Shown: positions 12,546-24,415 of the stretch, in pieces
How the letters are laid out: every line of letters begins with the position of its first letter
Numbering within the stretch: position 1 is the first letter of the stretch
Origin: Takakia lepidozioides
Lineage: Eukaryota; Plantae; Bryophyta
Direction: 5' to 3'
NCBI GenBank assembly: GCA_030704615.1
Contig: CM060732.1
Location: 77,872,001-77,936,000 of the forward strand
DNA length: 64,000 nt
Notes under the pieces: generated by a model
The model's input: the letters and a program-made list of their open reading frames with translations, nothing else
Told to the model about the DNA's origin: nothing
The model's database searches: none
Position numbers and translations under genes: made by a program

Positions 12546-12635
12546 GGCCACATGGAACGGTTCATGTGATACATTTTCACAAATGCGATGTGATACATTT
12601 GTGAAATGGTATCACATCAACTGGTTAATGTGGCC
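12546..12635. ncRNA. Hairpin 2, candidate miRNA-like precursor matching the element's RING gene
   Basis: GGCCACAT...TGTGATACATTTTCACAAATG / CATTTGTGAAATGGTATCACA...ATGTGGCC; right arm 19/21 identical to 1205-1225. The hairpin is clear; expression is unproven. Confidence 0.5.
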
Positions 12636-12702
12636 AATGCACGTCTTCCGCACCATGGCGGAAATGTTCGCCACTTGAAAGCACAAACACAAATAATCCG
12701 TG

Positions 12703-13082
12703 CAAACAATCTCAAGAATCATATGTACTGCAAGGTGTTTCATACTGCCGATGTTCATGTAGCAAAATTATTTAGGAATCGTTTTGCTACTCCCATGCCA
12801 ACAACATCAAGTCCACTGCGACTGCCATATTCTGAATTCCATATCAGCCACCACGGACATGAAACCAGGAACTTCGTACAAAATCTCCAATTCATTCAAT
12901 TTATGGTGGACCATGGCTGCAGCCTTCAAGCTAGCCAGGGTGGCTGATACGTCCATTTGAACATGACAGTCTCAAAGGACGTTGGCATGGGAATAGCAAA
13001 AAGAGTACTACAGAATTCAGCTAGAGGAACAACAATAGCATGAAACACCTTACCGTAAATATGATTGTTGACATTGGTTGTG
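12703..13082. repeat. Long imperfect hairpin 3 (~380 bp)
   Basis: AATCATATGTACTGCAAGGTGTTTCAT / ATGAAACACCTTACCGTAAATATGATT and TTTTGCTACTCCCATGCCAAC / GTTGGCATGGGAATAGCAAAA. Confidence 0.85.
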
Positions 13083-13148
13083 ACAGCTCCAATCAATATA
13101 GAACTCGCACCATCAGTTGCGCTCCAACAGCAGTATCGGTCCCCCGAG

Positions 13149-13680
13149 TAAATAAAATTCCGTTATAAATAATAAATTGTATACGCTTGAACCTCACAAA
13201 TGTCATTTCAACAAAACCAACCGTGTATTGTGGTACTGTTTGTAACTGCGAATGTTTCAATGTTTCTGACAGGGTACTGAGAAAATGATATATTGGATCC
13301 ATAGGAGTTGGACAACAAACGTTCCATATCTCATTCAACTGTGCGATACTACCATGAGTGGCATGGATAAAAAAATAATAGGTGTACATGCGACCTCCGC
13401 ACGTTTAAGTAGAGACCTAGTATCAAACGTTCGGAGGTCGTATGTGCACCTATTACTTTCCGATCCATGCCTCTCATGGTAGTGTCGCACAATTGAATGA
13501 GAGGAGACGTTTGTTGTCTAACTCCTATGGAACTAATACATCGTTTTCTCATAACCCTATCCGAAACCTTGGAACATTACAAATATAAACAGTGAGCCAG
13601 TACACAAACCATTTATGTTGCGATGACAGGTGCCAGGGTCGAGTATATGCAATGTAGTATTTACAATGTGACTTTATTTA
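13149..13680. repeat. Long imperfect hairpin 4 (~530 bp)
   Basis: CCATAGGAGTTGGACAACAAACGT / ACGTTTGTTGTCTAACTCCTATGG and further paired blocks centred near 13415. Confidence 0.9.
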
Positions 13681-13763
13681 TTACATGTACGATCAAAATT
13701 GAGTTATTTCTTCATAAAAGAACCATTGTACCGCCATAAATGTCATATCTACGAGACTATGGT

Positions 13764-15225
13764 CTACTCCGTCTTATATACGTCTTTCGGCTCAGGCCAA
13801 TTGAATGGCTTGCCCATGAACCGAAGTATTACATGGGCTAATGTGACTCTCTCATTCTTGTTGTTGTCGTACAACCTTTGTAGCATTGAATGCCAACAAC
13901 CTCCCGTAAATTGGTCCTAGAACATACTTTGATCATAATGAACGCCACCATTTATTCGTACCGCTATCTTCCCAACGGCAAAGGCCTCCGACGTCATGCC
14001 CTGGGGGGGGGGGGCGGCATTCGCATTGAAAATCGATGCAATATCTTTTACCACCCACCATCTTTTCGCGAGTTCCCGGTCCAGCTTGTCTTGGTTTTCA
14101 AACTGGTACGGCGAGGCTTTGCATATGTCCAATGGGGTGGCTAAGCCCCAATCACACACCCCAATCTTGATCTCCTCGGTGTCATCTGGAAAATTCAACA
14201 AGATGTTGTCGAGGGACAAATTGTTGTGCATGACACCGTTCTTGTGGACAATATCCATGATACACACCAGTGCCTATGCAAGTTTACTGCGCACTTTCCG
14301 GAAACGAAGCAAGCGATCGCATTCCTAGAACTCTGCTTCCGTTCCCCTTTGTTCCAAAATCACCCTGTTGTCCGAATCGTTGCCCCATTTTCTGTCAAGG
14401 TTCATTATGTCGCGTATTGTCCCCCCATTTCACCAGCGAGTGTAACCCTCTCACCTCACGTGCATTCACAGCAAAATACGAGATAACACCCGGATGTTGG
14501 AACTTCACTGCCAAACACTCGTCGTTATGTTGTCTCAACACATTTTCTGGATTTTTGGACTTGGGTTTTTTTCGCGCTAGCTCCCAACGCTCCGATATTC
14601 TAGAATCGCCAACAATCCTACAGTGACGGACCTTAGCATACCCTCATTCTTTGTAAGGGCCAATCTCTACCACCTTTGCAGTAGAGTTCAGGTAATAAAG
14701 ACCAGTTGTGCCTCCCCCGCCCGATGACCCCGCCTTCCAAGGGACAACCCTAGTCCGGCGATGTGAATTCTGACTTGCCGAGCAATCCCAATACTCAACA
14801 CGCCGCATTAACTCAGCTTCGGCGGAGGGCACTCGACCCTCGGTTGTTCTACCCTTCCATGTCTTCATTAGCTGCCTCAAATTCCACGTGGTGTATTTCG
14901 CCCTGCTTTGGATCCACCGATTGAACTTCGGCTTGTCCCTGTCCGCCGTCCATTTAGCCCCCGCCAAAGCGTTTGTCATTTTCCTCTCCATATTTTGTTG
15001 GAAAATCTGAAACCCCTCCCATCCATGCCTAACATAAGCACTCTCCAGTCTCATCATGTCCCTACCCTTGAAATAATCCGCTACCACTTCTTTCACCCTA
15101 TCTAAGGCATCCGGTCCCGGGTTGTCTGGCTTGTTGACCTGGCTATCCCGCTCGTGGGCACGTTTTCTCTTCCTCCGCCCCTCAAATGATCCCGCCCCAG
15201 AACTTGAATTCACAACCCCCGACAT
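13764..15225 (-). pseudogene. Protein kinase with ~185-aa N-terminal extension (~486 aa reconstructed), intronless CDS
   Basis: Gly loop KE*GYAKV across the stop at 14644, ELARKK, QHPGVI, W*NGGTI after a frameshift near 14447, HNNLSLDNILL, VCDWGLA; frame continues past TAG 13917 to stop at 13764. Confidence 0.85.
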
Positions 15226-15504
15226 TATATAAACTTTTGCCCACTACAGGATCCAAAACCTCAGAAAAATGGCAATGAACGCGTGTGGATGGTGTCTTCG
15301 TAGTTTTCTGTAAAAAAACAGGCCGCCGGAGATCCGGAAACGGCAAAATGGTAATACGATGATTGTACCGTGAACAAGTGTGTGGGACTGACCAATAGAA
15401 AACCGACAAAACCTCCCCCCCCAAATAATCACATTTGAACCTCCCGTTGGCAGTGCCAAGCAACGAAGTCCGAAAGGACTACAGCATGTTAAGGAACACC
15501 ACAA

Positions 15505-15574
15505 GAGGGGCAAAAGTGATCAGAAAAGGAGGGGGGAATGGTTTATATAGGCGCCCAGCAACCCCCCCCCCCCC
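15505..15574 (-). promoter_or_regulatory. Putative core promoter of the kinase gene (G-run, TATATAAA at 15542-15549, pyrimidine patch)
   Basis: Mirror of the layout at 672-735; candidate AG acceptor ~20 nt before ATG 15225. Confidence 0.5.
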
Positions 15575-15849
15575 AAAAAAAAAATGGCATTATGCTTGAA
15601 AAGACGCGACAGGCCAGTGGCACCTCGTCACGTGTCAGCGCGGCGCGACTGGCCAGTCGCACCTTGCCACGCGCACCCACATGGGAGAGGTCAAGGGTTC
15701 AAAACCACCTCCCCCCATCCCATTTGTTTCGTTTTTTCTGACCCGTGGCACCTCGCCACGTGGCTGGCCGAAGTGCCGCTTCATGATTAAAAATTAAAAA
15801 CAAAACGCCACACTGCGGGTCCCTGGATTTCGAAGAAAAAAAAAAACAC

Positions 15850-16352
15850 GCGACCGCTTATTTTAAAATGTAATAATATACAAGCGACCACCAATATGGG
15901 CGGTCGCTTCATTTAAAAATAAATAAATTACAGGCGACCGCCAATATGGGCGGTCGCTTCATTTAAAAATAAATAAATAACGGGCGACCGCCAATATGGG
16001 CGGTCGCTTCATTTAAAAATAAATAAATAACGGGCGACCGCCAATATGGGAGGTCGCTTCATTTAAAAATAAATAAATTACGGGCGACCGCCAATATGGG
16101 CGGTCGCTTCATTTAAAAATAAATAAATTAGGGGCGACCACCAATTTCGGCGGTCGCTTGATTTAAAAATAAATAAATTACGGGCGACCGCCAATTTCGG
16201 CGGTCGTTTCATTTAAAAATAAATAAATTACCGGCGACCGCCAATACTAGCGGTCGCTTAATTTAACAAAATATTAAATTACAAACGACAGCCAGTATGG
16301 GCGTTCATTTTTATTAAAAATAATAAATTATATGCGACCGCCAATATAGACG
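15850..16352. repeat. 50-bp tandem array (~10 units) of GCGACCGCC-AATATG-GGCGGTCGC, inverted relative to the 1-636 array
   Basis: GGTCGCTT-type cores recur every 50 bp from 15902; reverse complement reads AATGAAGCGACCGCCCATATTGGCGGTCGC, like the left units. Confidence 0.95.
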
Positions 16353-18759
16353 GACTTATTTTTTTTAAATAATTAATAAATATTAATAATTGGCCTCGTC
16401 TGTTTTACACCGTGGTTGCCATGTCATTACAAAGAGTAGAAGTAAATCCTAAAAGTCAAATATAAAACAATTACGTGGGTAAACGCCCGGATTCGACGTG
16501 ACGGCCAACGTGTCAGCGCCACGTCACGTCAGGAATGATAACTAGGGCCATTGGTCAGACTCTGCAACCCTCACGCTTACAAAAATCTTAAAATAGATTC
16601 GAAGCCGCCAAACCTTAACCCACGTCTCAAACGCCCATGTGACCACCCACGTGACACGCCTAGGCAGTCGTTTCAAACTTATCTGCCAGAGGACACAACG
16701 CTGTACCTACGGATTCCTCACACTCTAGAATCATTCTCTCATTATGAGCCGTCCACAATCACTTTTGGCTGTTAGCTGCCAGGCGTCAATATTCCCTGAC
16801 AACACCCGCAAGTGTCATCTGACATACGGCTTTAATGATAGTAGATGGCCCCCCGTGTCGGGCATTCTTTGATTTAAGGTCTAGAGCCACCACAGGGACT
16901 GCCCATTTATCGAGGGATACCCGACACGAGGGGTCCATCCCTACATTAAACATGTGCAAGAAAGCAAGGCACGGCAGAGCACGGCAAGGCACGGCAGTCC
17001 AGAATTAGTTGTGGCGATTAGCCACCTGACTTCATTTCTCCAGGCCACTTGTCAGAATCGACATCCTTCACGCTTATTCCAGAGTCTGCTGTAAGAGCCG
17101 CACGATAATGATGCCAGACATGTAGTCCTACTAACGTACAAGTACGATAAAATTCAGTCTGATCGCGGCCGTTATCGTTTGTTCCATAATTAATGTGACA
17201 ATGGCTGCTGTCAATAAATGGAAAATTGTGCACACTTTCAATGAAGCCGTGATTTCGTAAATTGAAATAAGCCGTTCGATTCCGCCTTAATCCACGGTGG
17301 CCACAGTCGATCCGAGAGAGAAAGCATACCACACTGCCATTGGAGCGATTTAAAGATGAAAGTTACATGTCATCTCTATATAACGTCCGACTCCACACAA
17401 CACCAACTTCCCACTGTGAACCTCTCACTTGCTTCTTTTCTCTCACGCACCTCTCTGGACAACGTGTACCTCTTTGCCTGTCCTGCACTACTCTGCCCAT
17501 AGGGTACTTCTGAAGCAGTCTCTGAGTCTCTCCCTGCTTCCTTAGTCTCATGTGTCAACTGCACATTTCTCACGTAGGATAGTATGATACTCATTTTCTT
17601 TTGTACTCTCCATGTACACCAGCTAAACTTGCTTTTGTTTGTCTAAAGTTACTCCCAAACCTCCACTGGGCAGTCGCCAGATTAATATTCATCCATCCAT
17701 AGAATCAATTTTTCATCTACAGAGGGCTTCTTCATTATCCATTGTTCATCCATGTGGTTGATTTCATCAACAGATATCCACTGTCCAGTGGAGGTTGGCA
17801 TTTGTGACTTCATCTGACAGTTCAAATAGATGTAGTCTATACTCCGCCCTTATACTCCAATTTAATTCCAATTGTTTTTCATCAGTCCCAGTGTACATCC
17901 AAACATTGACTTTACTTTTTCAAACCATATTGTTTTTCTCATTTAGAACCGTCGAGAAAGTTATACTTAAAGTTTCTCCTTTCGGTGTCACGACGTTCTT
18001 TCCTTCAGTTAATCTTCCATCCTGTAATAGGATTTTACTGAGTGAGCAACGATACAAATGAACTACTGGACCTACTGAAATACTCGACGGACTGGACCTT
18101 CTTTGACACACTATTGTTCCATTATGTCATGTTTCGTTGTGATATATGCGGTTATAATTTGTAACTAATTTTTGCAGAATATTTCTTGTTGCGGTCATCA
18201 GAACATTTCGTTGTTCATTTTCTTGGTTTCCTGTATGCACTTGTCACTGATCCTCTCCCTGCCACTCATGCCCATCACAACTCTGACCAGACATCACACT
18301 CGTCACTAGCATTCCCCAGCAGTCTTAGCCCTCTCCCACTTCAACCTGATCATATACTATTTGTCTTGAATTTACATGGTGCCATGCAGATAGATGCCCA
18401 AAACATGCTCTTCAATTATAAGAAATGAGAAATACACTCCGTTGATCACAACACTCCATAGACGTGGCTCACATGTTGCACCCATCCTTACTATCACTCG
18501 GGTCCGTGATGGCATTCATACACATAGCTTTTAAGTCCCTCGACGATGTTATACAGTTCTCACCTGCGTCCACTGCCAAGGCCCCAACAAATACACCTCA
18601 CAGCCATCCACTTTCTCATTGCCATTATTACCAACAAATGCAAATTGGAAAACCATCAACAACTCCCTTAACTGAACTTTCTATTTACTTTTTTTTATAG
18701 GGCCTACCCTTGAAAAGGAGGAGTAGTTGTAAGATTACATGGCTCAAGTCTTCTCTATC

Positions 18760-18860
18760 TGTAAATAGACAAATAATTATCTATATTGAAATATTTATAT
18801 TTAAAATTATCTATATTGGAACACTTAAAGTTATTTATGGACCAAACTTAAGGCCAAAAT
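18760..18860. repeat. Short dispersed AT-rich repeat; inverted relative at ~58200-58325
   Basis: AATAGACAAATAATTAT...TATTTATATTTAAAA...TGGACCAAACTT shared. Confidence 0.6.
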
Positions 18861-20636
18861 TAGTTAAATTTTTGTTATTTTATCTGGCACTATAAACAAA
18901 TTAATTGGGCCATAGGATACCATAAATTTTGTTTTGGAGAAATGCAAGATGTCTAGTGCTTACTCGCCGGATTGAGTTTGATCGAGAAGTCCACTAGCCT
19001 CTCATACTAGGCTTCATTTTTGCTGATCGACCTATCAACCTTTTCAACTTCAGCCTAGTAGCACATTGTATGATGATCTTCTCCCCTTTTTTATTTATAG
19101 TATTGTTCTTTGTCTTTGTGGGCGTTATTGTCTTTCCGCTTATTGTGGTCTTTCAAACTTGGGCCTCGCCTGTGTTGTAGCATTGGTTAGTTTTGTTCTT
19201 TGCCCCTCAGATTGCATTCAATGTTTCATTTTAGTCCCTTTTTTTAGAAGAATATTTGGGTATAGCAAAGAATAATCATTTTAATTTTACTTTCAGTGAT
19301 GACCATTAGGTCATACCCAGTTTAGGTTAGACAACCATACAATCCATTAGTAGTCATTGCTGCCGACGACAATTTTCAGAAAAACACATGAGAATTTCAG
19401 AGAAAAAGAGAAAAAAGAGAAATTTTATTTAAAAACTTTAAAACTTTAAAAACGGTTAAAACATCATCTTTTTACTACTTCCCAATGTAAGCATAAGAGG
19501 ACAACCATTGGATTCTAGCACTAATGCAACCATATGAACAGACCAAACAATATGTGATCTATGATTCTATTACCCCTAAAAACTCCAAAACATTGAACCC
19601 TGAAATATATACATATGTGGACGTCGCGAAACAACTTCCTGAACCTCATCATGTGGGCTTTTCAAAATACAATCGATATGGCATTTGGAAACAACCCTGA
19701 ATACTCACAATATCACATAAAAAATGAGATCCCATGCAAGAGAATGTATAACAAGCGGCTAGTTGCCTATGGCTCCTCTTTCTGAATAGCGGAATCTAAC
19801 TTTTATCCATAATAAACTAAAAATTCATGTATTTGGAGGCGTTACCTGGAGGCTCATGAAGTAGTTATCAACAAAGGAGCGGAGGTGACACTTGGGGAAG
19901 GCACAACAGGGGCATAGCGATTTCCGACACTGTGTAGTCTCCTCTTTAGAATAAAGAGAAGCCAACAAATTTGACATTTACATCGTTTCTAACATACACA
20001 GACAGGTCACAGGCACATACCTCTTTGAAAGAGGTGGGTACCACTCTCAAACAAAATAAGCTAGAGTTGTTATGTTATGTTTGTGTAGAATACAACCTTA
20101 TTAGCAAATCAATTCTTAGTAAGCGATTTCAATTATTGCACATTTCAAGGCAATTGTGACCCTAAAGCAGAACGTGCTTGCTAAACTCCCTACAGTTTGA
20201 CATCTCGTGACTATACGGCGGAGCAACATGGAGCCATATTTAATATAGTAGGTAGTAATTGTAAAAGAGGCTCCTAATTACACTCACGGCTTCTCTTGTA
20301 TGCTTTTTTTAGTTCCATGGCATTTTGTTATGGCTTGTCCTAGTTCAGAATCAGCTCTACCCCTTACTATCACTTAGTTCCTATGACTGTTCCTTCACAG
20401 TTCGTTGCTTGGGACAACCTGCCCAGTTCACTAGTTATCACCTAGACATATGCATGGAGCTCTTTTGCTGCTTGCTTTTATTTTGAATTTGGCTTTACAC
20501 TTAAGCATACCCTTAGACGGTGAGTTCTTGGGTGTAACCCCTATCAGTTTTTGATGTAATCCCTTTGATGGCCTCCTCACGCATGGTTCATTTTCCATGT
20601 TCCTCGAATATGATTTACATGGCCTCCATCCGTTTG

Positions 20637-23600
20637 TTTTTTTTTTTTTTTTTTTTTTTTAATAAATATTTTAATATTTTAATTAAATATTAAATTAATT
20701 GATTATTTATTTATTTATAAAGGGGGATAGAGGCCCTTTTAATCAAATTAATTAAAAGTAGAGTCATATCAATGGAAAAAATAACCACTGCAGAGGCCGT
20801 GAGGACTTACTGGGGGGAAACTTCCCCGTAACTTAGCAAAACAGCTAAAAGAGACGAAGGAGAGATCAGAGATTGTTTTATGAGTGTTTGAAGGTAATTT
20901 GAAATGCTAAGAGGGGGGGTAGATGGGAAAGAACATGGCGTAAGAGCAAACAAGGCAGATGAAATCCTGCTGCAACTACTTGATCCAATTTTGCAGTATT
21001 GGTGCTCTAAGAACAATGTAAGGTGTTTTAGAACCAAGAAACAGGAGAGACAAAGAGGGTCGGCAGAAAGGCCCGCCAAAGGGGAGGCTCCAGCCTACGA
21101 GTTCGGAGCTGCAGACCGAGAGGCGAGCGATTGGTGCTTCAGATTCAGAACTTCAGTTGAGTTCTTAACTTTGTAACTCGAGCTCTCTTGTGACGCCAGT
21201 TGTAATCAGCCTCCTCCCCATCACCAGGGGATCTCCCATTGAGTGGGGATGGAGTCATTCCAAGCAAAGCGGTTGTCGGGAAGACTGGTGCCGAGCAGGT
21301 TGCTTTTGCCCTAGGACTGCATGAAATCTTGAAATAGCTTCCTTCCTCGTTGTTCAGAAGATCTGGAAATAGCTGCACACAACGAATCCCATGTTTTTCT
21401 CCCCTCAGTCAACAGATCATGAAAAATGTGGAACAAGACAGATCTGCCTCTGGGGGGCTTGCCCTCATAGACATAGGAACACCTTGACTTCCTGATATTC
21501 CATAAAGTATGGGCTCTAAGCGAGGCCCACACTGGACAAAGGGTTTGCGCTTGACCTGGCACCATGTTGAGAAGCAACCAAGACTGAGGAGGAGGGCAGG
21601 GGTAGGAGGCCCAATGAGAGTAGAACCCCAAAACCTTCCTCCAGATTCTACCCGAGAAATTGCAAGACAACAGGCAATGTTCCATGGACTCTGGTTCTTG
21701 CAAACAGAGAGGGCAGGTAGGATTGTCTTGGTCTGTGGTTAGCTTGACTGGCAGGATTCTGTGGGTCAATTTCCATAGGAAATCCGAGACCTTTGTTGCC
21801 CTGTCTTTCCTCCAGACGTCCTTCCAGATTTTGGCCCAGTTAGACTGAGTGAACTGCAGATTGCTCCATTTTGAAGACCATCTTGCCAAAAAGGTGCGGG
21901 GTGGGTTGATGAGAGAGTAACCCAACTTGACCTTGTAGGCGAAAAATGGTGAATGTTTTTTGTCCATCCAATTCCACTTGTAGGGATCAAATTGCAGATC
22001 CGTCAGTGGGCACTTGAGAAACCAGGTGAATGATTGATGGACAGCCCATTGCGGTGGCATGGGGTTGGCCTTTCCAAGCATATATATCCAGCACCCTGAT
22101 ATGGTATAGGTTCCGCTTGTCCAACGTTATTTCACCAGAGAATGCGAGGTTGCCAACACTGTCTGGTATGAACCCCAATCCTGTGGCCTCCATGTCATGA
22201 ATTTCCAAAATCAGAGCCACTGTTACAGGATTGCGTTGATCCGATGCCATCCAGGCAGGGAGAGTGCAATTGTCCCTGGTCTCATCCAGCAGTGGGAGCA
22301 TGAACTGAGGGATCTGTGAGATGATTGTGTTCCAGGCTTTTGACCTTCTTTGCCCCACTATTCCAACAATGTCTTCCTCTTGAAGGAAATGTCCCTCAGA
22401 TCTGGTGCTTGCAATGTGCGTAAAACCCTGTCCCTCCCAAAAGGCCCATGTGGGGGTTTGCCTTAGCAAGGAATCGGAGTCCATGTTATAGTTGAGAAAT
22501 AGTGGTTGTCGCAGGCATTCCTGCAGCATTGTAGGCATTTTCTGGAAAAGATTACCTCTGAGCGTGTGCCAAGCTCTCTAGATTGATTGCCAAGGTTTGG
22601 AGCCCAACCCAACATTCGCGTTTCTGCCCTGCACTATCCATCTCAGCGAGAAAGCCCAAAGGGGGGAGGATGTGGGTGTAGCTCCCATGAGGTATGGCTG
22701 AATTAGCTTGCTCCATGGGTTGTTGTAGTGCTTGATCGCTCTAGGCACCCACTTTGCCAGTAAGGCCTTAATCTGTGATCCGGGGTCTATAATACCCAAT
22801 CCCCCCTGGCTTCTCTTTTGGCACAACTGGTCCCAGGAGACAAGGGCTCGTCTGATTGGAGTCAATGGGGTGGCTCCCCAGATAAAGTTATGTATGAGCG
22901 CTTTAATTTCCTTGACGAGCACTGGTCCTGGATCCCAGACTGCAGAATAGAACCAAGATGTCGATAGCAGCACTTGATTTGCCACCAAGGCCCTTCCCAC
23001 AATGGATAGCATAATAGAGCTCCAATATGCCAATTTTGCTTTGAGCTTTTGTATGACCCCTTTCATGATGGTTTGCAGTGTGAGTTTTAGCCCCATCTGG
23101 TGGCCCAACAACATATGACTTTCACCCTCCCTGAGCCATCTTAATCCAATGTCATGACCCCATGGTTGGTAGTGAGCGGCAAGACCTCCATTCTGCAGTA
23201 GTGACAAAATTCCCACCGACTTATTCCAATTGACCTTCAAGCCTGTTCCCAAGCAGAAAGTGTGAAGGGATTGCAGTGCTTTGTCAATGTTGCCTTTTGA
23301 CGAGTTGTCGAGCAGCATGGTTGTGTCATCTGCGTACATGGATATCTTGAGTATTTTGGGGCGGTAAGTTGGGAGGTGCAACCCAACAATGTCTGGCCTG
23401 TGGTCCAGAAGGTGTCCGAGTGAGTCTGTAGCAATGAGGAAAAGGAAGGGTGCCAAGGGGCACCCTTGCCTCACAGATCTTGAAATTGGGAAGGAACCAG
23501 AGATGACCCCATTGATCATCACTCTGCTTAAGGCTGAGTGAAGAAGGATGTGAACCCAGGTAAGGAAAGGCCCACCTAGCCCTATCTTTTCTAGAGCTTG

Positions 23601-24415
23601 AAGCAAGAATGTCCAATCGATGGAATCAAATGCCTTTTCGAAGTCCAACATAAGGAAGGCCAGTGGTTGATTGTTTACCTCAGCTCTGTGGAGTGCCTCA
23701 TGAGCCAGCAATATATTATCAAGGATCATCATGTCTTGTAAAAAACCTGTTTGATCATGCCTGATGATGTTGGAGAGGAGAGGTTGCACCCTGAGAGCCA
23801 GGGCCTTGGCTATTATCTTGTAGGTGGAGTTTAGGAGAGTGATCGGTCTATAGTTGGCTATGTTATCCCTTTCTCCTTTCTTAAAGATGATAGTAATGAG
23901 GTCTTCTGAGATCTGGGAGGGCATCAGGTTTTTGTCGAGGATGTCATTGGCCATTAGGAGGAATTCATCATCAATTGTGCTCCACAATGCCTTGAACAAT
24001 TCTATGGGGAGCCCGTCTAACCCAGGTGATTTCATTGACGCCATTGACTGCACTACCAAGCCCAACTCTTCCACTGTAAAGGGAGAAGCCAGCGTTGTTT
24101 TGACCCTTTGTGGTACCAGGCATGAAATATGTTGTATGAGTGTAGCTCTAGCCTGGTCTTTTTCCTGTGAGGGTTGCTGTTGACAAAACAACCTCTGGAA
24201 ATAATTTGCAGCAATCTCCGCCATGGATTTTGGGTTGTCAACCAGCAATCCTGAGGTTGGATCTTTCAGCGCAGGTACTAGTGTGGCGTTTCTCCTTTGA
24301 ACTGCTTTGACAAAGAAATACCTCGTCATTTTTTCCCCTTTCAATGACCAATTGACCCCCCGCCTTGACTCTCATAAACTGTTCTTTTGTGTTTCTACCC
24401 TTCAATTTCCATCTC
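20637..24415 (-). mobile_element. 5'-truncated L1-type LINE (copy A)
   Basis: RT 22578-24344 (NYRPITLLN, DFEKAFD, RQGCPLAP, YADD), zf-RVT-like CPLC...EHC in 21311-22081, poly(A) seen as T-run at 20637-20660. Confidence 0.93.

Larger units (their letters stand above)
1..16545. mobile_element. Putative large non-autonomous DNA element (left end outside window, right end uncertain) carrying RING-H2 and kinase cargo genes
   Basis: Same GCGACCGCC-N6-GGCGGTCGC palindrome arrayed at 1-636 and, inverted, at 15850-16352; inward-facing genes between them; no transposase recognised, superfamily unresolved. Confidence 0.55.

Noticed and set aside
13295-13355. Hairpin 4 arm as a homolog of the RING gene at 9420-9470
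   Set aside because: Only scattered 7-8-mers with gaps; cannot be told from chance without an alignment statistic.
16350-16600. CACTA terminus for the large element
   Set aside because: No TAGTG or CAGTG end found after the right array; superfamily left open.
17018-18428. Short ORFs on both strands
   Set aside because: No recognisable motif or consistent frame.
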